Assembly: GCA_032250835.1 (NCBI GenBank)
Contig: JAVVEA010000016.1
Location: 21,845 to 85,844, forward strand
From: a bacterium
Lineage (GTDB): Bacteria > SAR324 > XYD2-FULL-50-16
Length of the DNA stretch: 64,000 bases
Reading direction: 5' to 3'
A model generated the notes under the pieces. The model had not been told where the DNA came from. It was given only the letters and a program-made list of their open reading frames with translations, and made no database searches. The translations under genes were made by a program, and so were the position numbers. Positions 27,709 to 37,475 of the stretch are shown piece after piece. Position 1 is the stretch's first letter. Every line of letters begins with the position of its first letter.

Positions 27709-28107
27709 TTATTCGCCTTTGGATTTTCCCTTGGTAGAGGGGGCATCCCGAGACGTCCGCGTTCCCTCTGAGGGGGAGGGTTCGGTCTTGAGCATCATAA
27801 AGTCCTGAAAAAGGACCCTTTGCTGTTGGCCCGATTGGGCTTGGTAGATATAGGCACCCTCAAACCCCTCGTTGAGTGGGCCGGGTCCGTCTAAATCGGT
27901 AGCGATCAACTTGGCACCGGCAAAGCAGTCACCAAGTCCCAGCGCATCGGGACGAAAGCCAAAGCCTTCATCACTCGATTCATCTAAGTAGAAAGATCCT
28001 TCTTCAAAGAGCTCGTCCAAATCAGCCGTGGTGAGGCGGCCGTTGGAGTCCGAACGCAATGCTAAGGTCATCTGATCTACACCAAAAAGCAGGAAGGAAC
28101 GATTCAT
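27709..28107 (-). CDS. Hypothetical protein leading the leftward beta-oxidation operon
   Basis: GGAGG RBS before ATG 28107; no motif recognised. Confidence 0.55.
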   Translation of the reverse strand: MNRSFLLFGVDQMTLALRSDSNGRLTTADLDELFEEGSFYLDESSDEGFGFRPDALGLGDCFAGAKLIATDLDGPGPLNEGFEGAYIYQAQSGQQQRVLFQDFMMLKTEPSPSEGTRTSRDAPSTKGKSKGE

Positions 28108-28243
28108 TGGAGCCTCCGTTGAGGGTGGACCAGTAATTAAGACGCCCGCGCTGGGGGGACGTCTGCTTTCGTTGCCTCTAGTACTACCCTGTTTCACCCC
28201 GTCCTTACAAGAAGAGCTTTCTTAATTTCTTGCAAGGTCGGCA

Positions 28244-28265
28244 AGGTTTACGTTAAGGTAAACCT
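28244..28265. promoter_or_regulatory. LiuR-type MerR-family operator
   Basis: AGGTTTAC-GTTAAG-GTAAACCT palindrome resembling the TTTACGTwwACGTAAA LiuR consensus, between the divergent operons. Confidence 0.75.
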
Positions 28266-28357
28266 AAACTTCGGGTCCTGTAAAGTTTTTGTTGGACCCA
28301 GACGCAAGATGCCCCACCAAAGGCAACTGACGCCCAAACAAATTACCGGGCCCCAAC

Positions 28358-28756
28358 ATGAACAGCAACTCAAAATACCCGATCCCCATTGGCGAGCTAG
28401 CCAAGCAGCTCTCTATCACCACCCGTACCATCCGCTATTACGAGGAAATCGGGCTCATGCCCGAGCCCCAAAGGATGGATTCGGGCGTCCGGGTTTATGG
28501 CCGCGAGGAGGTATTAAGACTTAAGTTCATTTTAAAACTCAAAGAATTAGGCATCACCTTACATGAGATGCACGAGCTGGCCGAAATTTACCGGTCCGAA
28601 CAAAGCCCCGAAAAGGTCATGCCCCGCTTGGTCCAAATATTAGACACCCACATCGCTCAGATCGACGGCAAGCTCAGCCGTATCGCCCAGCTTAGGGCGG
28701 ATCTAGCCACTTACCGCCACCGAGTCGCCGAGCTCGGCCTTACCGAGAATCCCTGA
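28358..28756 (+). CDS. MerR-family transcriptional regulator (LiuR-like)
   Basis: IGELAK..ITTRTIRYYEEIGL wHTH plus coiled coil; no metal-binding Cys; acyl-CoA catabolic context. Confidence 0.9.
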   Translation: MNSNSKYPIPIGELAKQLSITTRTIRYYEEIGLMPEPQRMDSGVRVYGREEVLRLKFILKLKELGITLHEMHELAEIYRSEQSPEKVMPRLVQILDTHIAQIDGKLSRIAQLRADLATYRHRVAELGLTENP

Positions 28757-29151
28757 TGAGTCAAGTTTTTACGGCCACCTTAGAAATCCGCTTTTCGGAC
28801 CTAGACGCCTATGGTCACGTCAACAATGCCACCTATTTTACTTACCTTGAGTCCGCCAGGGTCAAGGTCTTTTCTGAGCGGTTCATCGACTTCATGAACG
28901 AAGGCTTGTTTTTTGTGGTCGCCCGCGCTGAGTGTGACTACAAAAAGCCGATCAAGCTCGAAGACCGCGAAGTGACCATAAACTTTCATTTGTCCGGCCA
29001 GGGCCGAACTAGCTTTGAAGTGGACTATGAAATTTTCGGCCCCAAGGGGCAATTATTCGCCAAGGCCAAGACGGTTATGGTGGCCCTAGACGCCAAGACC
29101 GGCTCGCCCATGGCGATCCCCCAATCGATTGGGCAAAAGCTATTTGCTTGA
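28756..29151 (+). CDS. Acyl-CoA thioesterase (4HBT/YbgC hot-dog family)
   Basis: RFSDLDAYGHVNNATYFTYLESAR. Confidence 0.92.
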   Translation: MSQVFTATLEIRFSDLDAYGHVNNATYFTYLESARVKVFSERFIDFMNEGLFFVVARAECDYKKPIKLEDREVTINFHLSGQGRTSFEVDYEIFGPKGQLFAKAKTVMVALDAKTGSPMAIPQSIGQKLFA

Positions 29152-29193
29152 GAGACAAAGCGCCTTAAAAGAAAAACTCACTTTTGTAGAGTG

Positions 29194-29223
29194 GTTGACT
29201 TTTACGTCAACGTGGGCTAACAT
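29194..29223 (+). promoter_or_regulatory. Sigma70-like promoter overlapped by a second LiuR-type palindrome
   Basis: TTGACT(29195)-17 bp-TAACAT(29218); GTTGAC-TTTTAC-GTCAAC at 29194-29211 covers the -35. Confidence 0.7.
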
Positions 29224-29268
29224 TGGCCCAACCTAAATTTTTTTCGAAACGCCAAACCAAGGGTTTCT

Positions 29269-31617
29269 ATGCCGAGGATTCAAAAAGCCGCCGTATTGGG
29301 AGCCGGTGTGATGGGTGCCACCATCGCCGCCCATCTGGCCAACGCCGGGTTGGATGTCTTGCTTTTAGACATGCCGCCCAAATCCGGGGAAGACCGTGAC
29401 GCCGTCGCCAAAGGCGCGCTCAAAGCGCTGGCCAAGTCCAAACCGGCAGCCCTGTACCGGCCCCGCCACGGCATGCGTATCATGCCCGGCAACTTTGAAG
29501 ACCATATCGCGCTGATTAAAGACTGCGACTGGGTGATTGAGGTGATCGTCGAGAACTTGGCGATCAAAAAATCTTTCTACGAATCTAAGGTAGTGCCCAA
29601 CCTGGGCCCTGATGCCATCATCAGCAGCAACTCAAGCGGTCTTTCGGTCCAGGCAATGGCCGACTCACTACCGCCCGAAATCCAAAAACGCTTTTTATTG
29701 ACCCACTTCTTCAACCCGCCCCGTTATATGCGGTTGATGGAGTTGGTTCCCTGCTCGGCTACCGACCCAGAGGTAATGGCCTTTATGGCCGACTTCATCG
29801 CCAGCCGCTTAGGCAAAGGGATTGTTTACGCCAAAGATACGCCCAACTTCGTGGCAAACCGGATCGGCGTTTATTCGATCTTTAACGCCATAAAACATAT
29901 GGTGGAGATGAACTTGAGCGTCGAGCAGGTGGACGCCATCGCCGGGCCCGCCACCGGGCGCCCCAAATCAGCCGCCTTCCGCACCAGCGACTTGGTCGGC
30001 TTGGACACCATGGTCCACGTGGGCAACAACAGTTACCAAAATTTACCGAACGACGAAGAACGGGAAATTTTTAAAATCCCCGACTTCCTGGCCGAGATGA
30101 TTGAAGCGGGCCAATTGGGCGACAAGACCGGCAAGGGTTTTTACCAAAAGACCACAGATGAATCAGGCAAACGGCTGATCACCTATTGGGACTATAAAGA
30201 AAAAACCTACAAGCCCCAAGAGAAGCCTAAATTCGCCAGCATCGGCACCGCCAAGCTGATGAACAGCCTAGCCGAACGGGTCCAAGCCCTATTGGCGGGC
30301 AAAGACGAAGCGGCCCAATTCGCTTGGGCCAACCTGCGCGACACGTTAATCTATAGCTACAACCGCCTCGGTGAGATTGCCGACGACGTGGTCAACGTAG
30401 ACAACGCCATGCGCTGGGGCTTTAACTGGGAATTAGGTCCCTTTGAGATGCTCGACGCCATCGGCGTGCCAAGCTTCGTCAAGCGGGCCCAGGCCGAAGG
30501 GACGTCACTCCCCGAGGGTCTAGCTGAAGTCACTTCCTTCTACCGCTTTGAAGAAGGGGAGAAACAATTTTGGGACCCCAAGGCAAAAGCCTACCAGCCC
30601 GTACCCCGTAAGACTGGCGAAATCGAGCTGGTGGCGCTGCACCATGGCGGCAAAGAGGTGATGGGCAACTCCGGAACCAGCTTGATCGACCTAGGCGACG
30701 GCATTTTTGGGCTAGAATTCCACTCAAAAATGAACAGCATCGGCGGCGACATCCTCAGCTTCACCCGCAAAGCGGTGGACTATGTGGAACGCAACGGTTT
30801 GGGGATGGTGGTCAGCAATCAGGGGGCCAACTTCTCGGTCGGGGCCAACCTGGGCCTATTAACCGCCGCCATCGCCGAAGGGGAATGGGACGAGATCAAC
30901 ATCATGATCAAAGCCTTCCAAAACGCCACCATGTCGCTTAAATATGCTCAAGTGCCGGTCGTGGCCGCGCCCTTCCGCATGGCCTTAGGTGGCGGCTGTG
31001 AATATAGCCTCCATTCAGACGCCGTCAACGCCTATGCCGAGACCTATATGGGCTTGGTGGAGGTGGGCGTGGGCATCTTGCCGGCCGGAGGCGGCACCAA
31101 GGAACTCTGCATCCGTGCTGTAGAACTAGGCGAGCAGTTCCAAACCGACCCCAGTCCTTATCTTTTTAAGTATTTCAAACAAATCGCCATGGCCAGCGTG
31201 TCCACCAGCGGGGAAGACCTCTTTGAGCTGGGCTATATGCGCCCTGGGGATCAGATCACCATGGACTTTGACCGTTTGATCCATGACGCCAAGCTCAAGG
31301 CCTTGGCGCTAGCGGCCAACTACCGCCCGCCCAAAGCCCGCAGCGACATCCCCGCGCCGGGGCGTTCCATTGCGGCGAGCATGAAGTCTCAGGTCTGGAA
31401 CCTCTTTAAGGGGGGCTTTGCCAGCGAGCACGACGCCAAGATCAGCGGTTATGTGGCCGATGTGATCACCGGCGGCGACGTCCCTACGGGCACCTTGATC
31501 AGCGAAGATTACCTGCTCGAACTAGAGCGCGAGGCCTTTTTGAAGCTCTGCGGCGAACGCAAGACCTTCGAGCGCATCAGCCATACGCTAAAAACCGGCA
31601 AACCCTTACGCAACTAG
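29269..31617 (+). CDS. fadN: 3-hydroxyacyl-CoA dehydrogenase / enoyl-CoA hydratase fusion (FadN type)
   Basis: GAGVMG Rossmann motif, HFFNPPRY, C-terminal crotonase ALGGGCE and GLVEVGVG, ending TGKPLRN. Confidence 0.92.
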   Translation: MPRIQKAAVLGAGVMGATIAAHLANAGLDVLLLDMPPKSGEDRDAVAKGALKALAKSKPAALYRPRHGMRIMPGNFEDHIALIKDCDWVIEVIVENLAIKKSFYESKVVPNLGPDAIISSNSSGLSVQAMADSLPPEIQKRFLLTHFFNPPRYMRLMELVPCSATDPEVMAFMADFIASRLGKGIVYAKDTPNFVANRIGVYSIFNAIKHMVEMNLSVEQVDAIAGPATGRPKSAAFRTSDLVGLDTMVHVGNNSYQNLPNDEEREIFKIPDFLAEMIEAGQLGDKTGKGFYQKTTDESGKRLITYWDYKEKTYKPQEKPKFASIGTAKLMNSLAERVQALLAGKDEAAQFAWANLRDTLIYSYNRLGEIADDVVNVDNAMRWGFNWELGPFEMLDAIGVPSFVKRAQAEGTSLPEGLAEVTSFYRFEEGEKQFWDPKAKAYQPVPRKTGEIELVALHHGGKEVMGNSGTSLIDLGDGIFGLEFHSKMNSIGGDILSFTRKAVDYVERNGLGMVVSNQGANFSVGANLGLLTAAIAEGEWDEINIMIKAFQNATMSLKYAQVPVVAAPFRMALGGGCEYSLHSDAVNAYAETYMGLVEVGVGILPAGGGTKELCIRAVELGEQFQTDPSPYLFKYFKQIAMASVSTSGEDLFELGYMRPGDQITMDFDRLIHDAKLKALALAANYRPPKARSDIPAPGRSIAASMKSQVWNLFKGGFASEHDAKISGYVADVITGGDVPTGTLISEDYLLELEREAFLKLCGERKTFERISHTLKTGKPLRN

Positions 31618-31624
31618 GAGTAGC

Positions 31625-32803
31625 ATGAGCACCGCTTATTTGATCGCCGCCAAACGGACCGCTGGCTGCAAAGCCAACAAAGGCAAATTCCAAAACGTAC
31701 GCCCAGACCGACTGGCCGCCGAAGTGATCCAAGACGTGCTGGCCGGACTCAGTTTTGATCCCGCCCTGATCGAAGATGTCATCCTCGGCTGTGCCTTTCC
31801 CGAAGGGGAACAGGGCATGAACGTAGGGCGCATCGCCGCCATGAAGGCAGGCCTGCCCCAATCGGTCCCCGGCATGACCATCAACCGCTTTTGTTCTAGT
31901 GGCTTACAGTCCATCGCTTTAGCCGCCGGACAAATCGCCGCCGGTTCTGCCGACGCCATCTTGGCCGGTGGGGTAGAGAGCATGTCTATGGTTCCCATGG
32001 GCGGCAACAAATACAGCGCCGACCCCGACTTGGTCAAAAACTGGCCAGAATCTTACGCCGGGATGGGCATCACCGCGGAGTTAGTCGCCGAGCAATGGAA
32101 GATTGGCCGCGAGGCGATGGACCAATTCGCCGTCCAAAGCCACCAACGCGCCGCCGCCGCCATTGCGGCGGGGAAGTTTAAAGAAGAGATCACCCCGATC
32201 ACCGTGGAAAGTGCCCTCTTGCAGGGCAAAAAAATCGTCAAATCCAGTGAAGTGGTAGACATCGATGACGGCGTCCGGCCCGATAGCAGCGTTGAAGCCC
32301 TGGCCAAGCTCAAGCCGGTCTTTAAAGCCGGCGGATCGGTTACCGCCGGCAACTCCAGCCAAACCACCGACGGAGCCGCCGTGGCCCTGGTGGTCAGTGA
32401 AGCTTTCATGAAGACCCACAACCTCACCCCCATTGCCCGTTTTGTGAGCTTTGCGGTGACGGGCTGTGCGCCCGAGATCATGGGCATCGGCCCGATTTAT
32501 GCGGTGCCTAAGGCATTGCAGCGGGCCGGGCTCAAGCAGAGTGACATCGAGCTTTTTGAGCTCAACGAAGCCTTCGCCGCCCAATCTCTGGCGGTCTTGC
32601 AAGAACTTAAGCTCGACCCCTCAATCGTCAACGTCAACGGCGGGGCCATTGCCTTAGGCCACCCTCTCGGTTGTTCGGGAGCCAAACTAACGGCGACACT
32701 GCTGGCCGAGATGCGGCGGCGCAAAAACAAGTATGGCGTGGTGACTATGTGTATCGGCGGGGGCATGGGTGCCGCTGGTGTGTTTGAAAACTTGGTGCTT
32801 TAG
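31625..32803 (+). CDS. fadA: 3-ketoacyl-CoA thiolase
   Basis: NRFCSSG, NEAFA, GHPLG, MCIGGG; follows fadN. Confidence 0.92.
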   Translation: MSTAYLIAAKRTAGCKANKGKFQNVRPDRLAAEVIQDVLAGLSFDPALIEDVILGCAFPEGEQGMNVGRIAAMKAGLPQSVPGMTINRFCSSGLQSIALAAGQIAAGSADAILAGGVESMSMVPMGGNKYSADPDLVKNWPESYAGMGITAELVAEQWKIGREAMDQFAVQSHQRAAAAIAAGKFKEEITPITVESALLQGKKIVKSSEVVDIDDGVRPDSSVEALAKLKPVFKAGGSVTAGNSSQTTDGAAVALVVSEAFMKTHNLTPIARFVSFAVTGCAPEIMGIGPIYAVPKALQRAGLKQSDIELFELNEAFAAQSLAVLQELKLDPSIVNVNGGAIALGHPLGCSGAKLTATLLAEMRRRKNKYGVVTMCIGGGMGAAGVFENLVL

Positions 32804-32811
32804 GAGGACCG

Positions 32812-34581
32812 ATGGCAGATTTGATCAAAGGCGCAGAATTCCTACTCCGCGAGGTACTGCCCGAAGCGGTGTTTACGCCCGAAGACTTTAGCGACGAACA
32901 CAAACAGATTGCCGAAACCACCCTGGACTTTGTGACCAAAGAAGTCCTGCCCGCCGTCGAAGAAATCGACCACCAGGATTTTGACAAGGTTAAGGAATTG
33001 ATGGGCCAGTGCGGCGAGTTGGGTCTTTTGATGACCGATGCGCCCGAAGAGTACGGCGGACTGGACCTAGACAAAGTGACCAGCATGATTGTCGCTGAAA
33101 ACATCGCCCGCACCGGTGCCTTCAGCGTCTCCTTTACCGCCCATACCGGGATCGGCACCTTACCGCTGATCTATTACGGTACGCCGGAACAAAAAACCAA
33201 GTACTTAGAAAAGCTAACCACCGGCGAGTGGATCGCCGCTTACTGCCTAACCGAACCGGGCAGCGGCTCCGACGCCTTGGACGTATCCAGCACCGCGACC
33301 TTAGAAGGGGACCACTATGTCCTCAACGGCACCAAGCAGTTCATCACCAACGGCGGGATCGCCGAGTTGTTCACCATCTTCGTTAAGATCGACAAAGAGC
33401 ACTTCACCGCCTTCTTGGTGGAGCGCGGCTATGAGGGGCTAACCATCGGGCCCGAAGAAAAGAAAATGGGCATCAAGGGCAGCAGCACCACCCAGGTGAT
33501 TATGGACCACGTCAAGGTGCCCAAAGAAAACCTCTTGGGCCAGATTGGCAAGGGCCACAAGATCGCCTTTAACATCCTCAACATTGGCCGCCTCAAGTTG
33601 GGTGCTTGCGTCAACGGCGCGGGCAAACAGGCGATCTTACCGGCCTTAGAATACGCCAAAGAGCGCAAGCAGTTTGGCCAGCCTATCGCCGAATTCGGGG
33701 CCATCCAAGAGAAGGTGGCCGACCTGATGAGTGACCTATACGCCTCCGAATCCCTAGTCTACCGCCTAGCGGGCGACATCGACGCTTCCTTTGGGCTGCT
33801 CGACAAGTCTGCCGAGGACTATTATGCCCAGCAAGAGACGGCATTGGCCGACTTTAGCGCCGAATGCGCGATTTCCAAGGTTTTCTGTTCGGAGATGTTG
33901 CAGCGCTTGGTGGATGAGGTTTTGCAGATCCACGGTGGTTATGGCTTTTTGCAGGAATATCCGGCGGAGCGCTTTTACCGTGACGAGCGGATCAACCGAA
34001 TTTATGAAGGCACCAACGAGATCAACCGTCTCTTGGTTCCCGGCACCATCTTAAAGAAGGGCCTTAAAGGCGAGTTGCCTTTGCAAAAAAAGGCCATGGC
34101 CGCCATCGAGGGCTTGATGAGCCCCAACTTCGATGAGCCGGACCCTGCCGACCCTTTCGGCAAGATGAAAGAGGCGGTGGCGAACGCCAAACAAATCTTC
34201 CTGATCCTCTCGGGGGCGGCGGTACAAAAGTACATGGCCCAACTCCAGAAGGAACAAGAAATGTTGATGGCTGCGGCCGACGTGGCGATTCAGATTTATG
34301 CCATGGAATCGGCCATGCTCCGTGCCGCCAAGGTATACCCCAAGGTTTCGCCCGCCAAGCAAGCGCTCTATATGGCCCTGGCCACCACCAGCGTTTTTGC
34401 TTGCATGGAACGCTTGGCTACCGCCGCCAAACGAGGAGCCTACTACATCGAAGAAGGTGACAACCTAGCCATGATCTTAAGCGGCGTGCGGCGTTACACT
34501 AAATTTGACGCTTCGGGCCTGTTGGCGGCCAAGCGCTTGATTGCCAAAACCACCTTAGAGGGGGGTAAGTACCCGCTGTAA
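32812..34581 (+). CDS. Long-chain-type acyl-CoA dehydrogenase with C-terminal extension
   Basis: LTEPGSGSD, KMGIKGS, RINRIYEGTNEINR; 589 aa. Confidence 0.92.
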   Translation: MADLIKGAEFLLREVLPEAVFTPEDFSDEHKQIAETTLDFVTKEVLPAVEEIDHQDFDKVKELMGQCGELGLLMTDAPEEYGGLDLDKVTSMIVAENIARTGAFSVSFTAHTGIGTLPLIYYGTPEQKTKYLEKLTTGEWIAAYCLTEPGSGSDALDVSSTATLEGDHYVLNGTKQFITNGGIAELFTIFVKIDKEHFTAFLVERGYEGLTIGPEEKKMGIKGSSTTQVIMDHVKVPKENLLGQIGKGHKIAFNILNIGRLKLGACVNGAGKQAILPALEYAKERKQFGQPIAEFGAIQEKVADLMSDLYASESLVYRLAGDIDASFGLLDKSAEDYYAQQETALADFSAECAISKVFCSEMLQRLVDEVLQIHGGYGFLQEYPAERFYRDERINRIYEGTNEINRLLVPGTILKKGLKGELPLQKKAMAAIEGLMSPNFDEPDPADPFGKMKEAVANAKQIFLILSGAAVQKYMAQLQKEQEMLMAAADVAIQIYAMESAMLRAAKVYPKVSPAKQALYMALATTSVFACMERLATAAKRGAYYIEEGDNLAMILSGVRRYTKFDASGLLAAKRLIAKTTLEGGKYPL

Positions 34582-34659
34582 CCTAAGCATTTCCACGGCT
34601 TGCCAAGGATAGGCGGCTCAGGCAGACTGGCGCACAACCCCTTAGGAAATCCCTAATTG

Positions 34660-36012
34660 ATGAACCGCCGCTCCCTGTTATCGATAACCTACCTGGTGCT
34701 CTTCTTTACGGGTGCCGTCTTCGGTTATATTTGGATCGAGGGCTACAGCCTGTTAGAAGCGCTGTACATGGTGGTGATCACCGTCACCACCGTAGGATAC
34801 GGGGAGGTCCGCCACCTCTCGGATGCCGGTAGGCTTTTCACGACCCTGTTGATCGTGATGAGTTTTATCTCCTTCGGTATTGTCGGCAAGATTGTCGCCG
34901 AGACGTTGGTCGAAAACATTTGGAGCGGAGCCAGCAAAGACCGAAAGATGCACCACAAAATCGCCCGGCTGAAAGACCATTACATTATCTGCGGATTCGG
35001 CAAGGTAGGCCGGGCGGTGGCCGAAGACCTGATGCAGGCCGGGTTGGATTTGGTGGTGATCACCCAATCTACCGAACATTTCGAGCACCCTCCTTTTGAC
35101 CGTTGCCTTTACCTGATCGGCGATGCCGCCCAGGAGCAGGTGCTGATGGAGGCAGGGGTCAAACATGCCCGAGGCGTGATCACCTTAATCAACTCAGACC
35201 CGACCAACCTTTATGTAGTCCTGACCAGCCGCGAACTCAACCCTATGTTGCACATCGTCAGCCGCGCCGACGAATTAAGCTCCATTAAGCGGATCAAGCA
35301 AGGCGGGGCAGATCACGTGATCAGTACCTATATTTCGGCAGGCAAGCGCATTGCCGAGGTGGTGTTGCTGCAAAGCGGGGAGGCCAAAGAGATGAGTGAC
35401 CGGCGGCAGGTCTTTAAGCCTGCCTGGGTCGAAGTCCAAGTGGGATCGGGGATGATCGGCAAGAGCCTAGGCCAAATCGGCGAAGAAATGGGCCGAGAGG
35501 TGTTGGGCCTGCGCCGAGGCACCCAAGACCACATCCAGCCCAGCGGCGAGGTCAAATTAGAGGTCGGGGACCAGTTTTTAGCCATGGTCGAAACGGACCG
35601 AGGCGGGCTGGCGGCTTCACCGATCCAGCCGAGCGAAAACCGCCGCAAGGTGGTGATGGTGGACGACAACGAGGTGATCTTACGGCTCTATACCCGCCTT
35701 TTCCAGAAGGCGGGCTTCCTACCCATGACGGCGCTAGACGGCCGGGCCGGTTTGGAGTTGATCATCCAAGAACAACCGGAGATCGCGGTGATCGATTTCC
35801 AGTTGCCCAAGCTCAGCGGATTAGAGGTCTGCCGCTTGCTGCGCCAGCAACCGGGGTTAAAGGACCTAAAAATATTACTCTTTACCTCCGACGAGTCGGC
35901 TAAGATCCACGGCGAAGCCAAACTGGCCGGTGCCGACGAGGTGATCCACAAAACACCTGACGCCTTTAGCATCATCAAACGCGTCCTCGATATCCAAAGC
36001 CCGGCCACCTAA
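34660..36012 (+). CDS. 2TM potassium channel with RCK (TrkA-N/TrkA-C) domains and a C-terminal receiver domain
   Basis: TTVGYGE selectivity filter, CGFGKVG nucleotide-binding motif, then VMVDD...VIDFQLP...FTS...HK. Confidence 0.88.
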   Translation: MNRRSLLSITYLVLFFTGAVFGYIWIEGYSLLEALYMVVITVTTVGYGEVRHLSDAGRLFTTLLIVMSFISFGIVGKIVAETLVENIWSGASKDRKMHHKIARLKDHYIICGFGKVGRAVAEDLMQAGLDLVVITQSTEHFEHPPFDRCLYLIGDAAQEQVLMEAGVKHARGVITLINSDPTNLYVVLTSRELNPMLHIVSRADELSSIKRIKQGGADHVISTYISAGKRIAEVVLLQSGEAKEMSDRRQVFKPAWVEVQVGSGMIGKSLGQIGEEMGREVLGLRRGTQDHIQPSGEVKLEVGDQFLAMVETDRGGLAASPIQPSENRRKVVMVDDNEVILRLYTRLFQKAGFLPMTALDGRAGLELIIQEQPEIAVIDFQLPKLSGLEVCRLLRQQPGLKDLKILLFTSDESAKIHGEAKLAGADEVIHKTPDAFSIIKRVLDIQSPAT

Positions 36013-36036
36013 AGGACCGGGCCAACCCGGTTTCTC

Positions 36037-36975
36037 ATGTCTTATCAAGTCAAAATCCACAAAATCGACACCCCCTATATAGTTGGGCCCGTGGATATCT
36101 TTGAGCTTTGGGGGCATGGCAAACATATCTTGGTGGACACCGGCCCGCAGACCAAAGAAGCGCAGCGCTACCTCAAAGAAAATATCGACCTGGCGAGCCT
36201 CGACTACCTGCTCCTGACCCACTGCCACCCGGACCACTACGGCCTAGCTCACTTTATTGGAGAACATAGCCAAGCTGAAATCCTGATGGCGCAGATCGAC
36301 GCTCAGTTGCGCGAATTGTTCAGCCAGCGGATGGATTTTTTGAAATCTGCCTTTAAGCAGATGGGCTTTCCCAAGCCTATGTTGATGTTGTTTGACCGGA
36401 TCATCCCTAAGTTCCAAGGCGACATCCCTTTCCCAAAGAATTTTGGGATCTTAGAAGAGTCGGAGCAAGTATTGGCTGATTTAGGGATCACCTTTATGGG
36501 CTGTCCGGGACATAGCCAGTCGGATATTGTTTATCTCTTTGACCAACACGCCATCACCGGCGATTGCTTGCTGCGCAATATCTTCAGCGCACCTTTGTTG
36601 GATATGGATTTAAGGGCCGAAGCAGGGCGCTTTTCGAACTACCAAGCCTACTGCGCTTCCATCAAAAACTTCAAATCCCTTGAAGGCCGCCACATCTACC
36701 CGAGCCACAACGATTGGATCGAAGGCATCGACCAGCAAATTCTCTTTTATTGCCAGAAGATCACCAGCCGCGCCGCCAAAATCGAGCCACTCTTTGGGCA
36801 GCGCAAGAACCATTACCAAACCCTCAAAGCCCTATTCCCGGACCTTTTCACCTCTCCCTTTAAGCTTTACATCAAGGCCGGGGAACTCTGCTTTTTAGAA
36901 GACTACCTCGAAGAACCCGAGCGCCTGCACCAAGCCCTAGCAGAAGTGGGTTTACTCAAGCAGTTAGACCCTTAA
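36037..36975 (+). CDS. Metallo-beta-lactamase fold hydrolase
   Basis: VDTG, THCHPDH, PGHS, TGD, PSH. Confidence 0.9.
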   Translation: MSYQVKIHKIDTPYIVGPVDIFELWGHGKHILVDTGPQTKEAQRYLKENIDLASLDYLLLTHCHPDHYGLAHFIGEHSQAEILMAQIDAQLRELFSQRMDFLKSAFKQMGFPKPMLMLFDRIIPKFQGDIPFPKNFGILEESEQVLADLGITFMGCPGHSQSDIVYLFDQHAITGDCLLRNIFSAPLLDMDLRAEAGRFSNYQAYCASIKNFKSLEGRHIYPSHNDWIEGIDQQILFYCQKITSRAAKIEPLFGQRKNHYQTLKALFPDLFTSPFKLYIKAGELCFLEDYLEEPERLHQALAEVGLLKQLDP

Positions 36976-37475
36976 CGTTGCCCTTTCATGTGCGCGACCA
37001 GCTGGTCTGTCGCGGCAGACCAACCTTGGGCAAAGCCCATTTTCTCGTGCTCTTCTCGAGTTTTTGAGTCCCAGTGGCGCACCAGCGCCGTAAAATGGGT
37101 GCTCTGGCCCAGGTCTTTGAAGGTCAAGATCGCGGTCATAAAGGGGTTGTTGGAGGGGCGGTATCCAGGCAAAAGAGCGGTGGTCCAGACCAGGCGTTGC
37201 TGGACCAAGACCTCCAAAAAACAACCTGTCTCGGTATTTTCTTCGCCTTCAGGCGAGCACATGGTGGTCTGGAACTTCCCCCCGGGTCTTAAGTCAATCT
37301 GTGCGTCGGTGGTCCTCCAGGGGTCCGGCGTAAACCAGTGGATCAGATGCTCCGGTTCGGTCCAGGCCTTCCAGACCAATCCAACAGGCAAATCCAGGTC
37401 CCGCTCTAAGCGTAAATCCAACTGGGGGTCAAAGCCAAAGTCTGGTAAAGAATACATGATGACTCCTTTAGACAT
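36972..37475 (-). CDS. SRPBCC/AHSA1 (START-like) domain protein
   Basis: VWKAWTEPEHL..WF, DLRPGG, HEKMGF..GW. Confidence 0.9.
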   Translation of the reverse strand: MSKGVIMYSLPDFGFDPQLDLRLERDLDLPVGLVWKAWTEPEHLIHWFTPDPWRTTDAQIDLRPGGKFQTTMCSPEGEENTETGCFLEVLVQQRLVWTTALLPGYRPSNNPFMTAILTFKDLGQSTHFTALVRHWDSKTREEHEKMGFAQGWSAATDQLVAHMKGQR

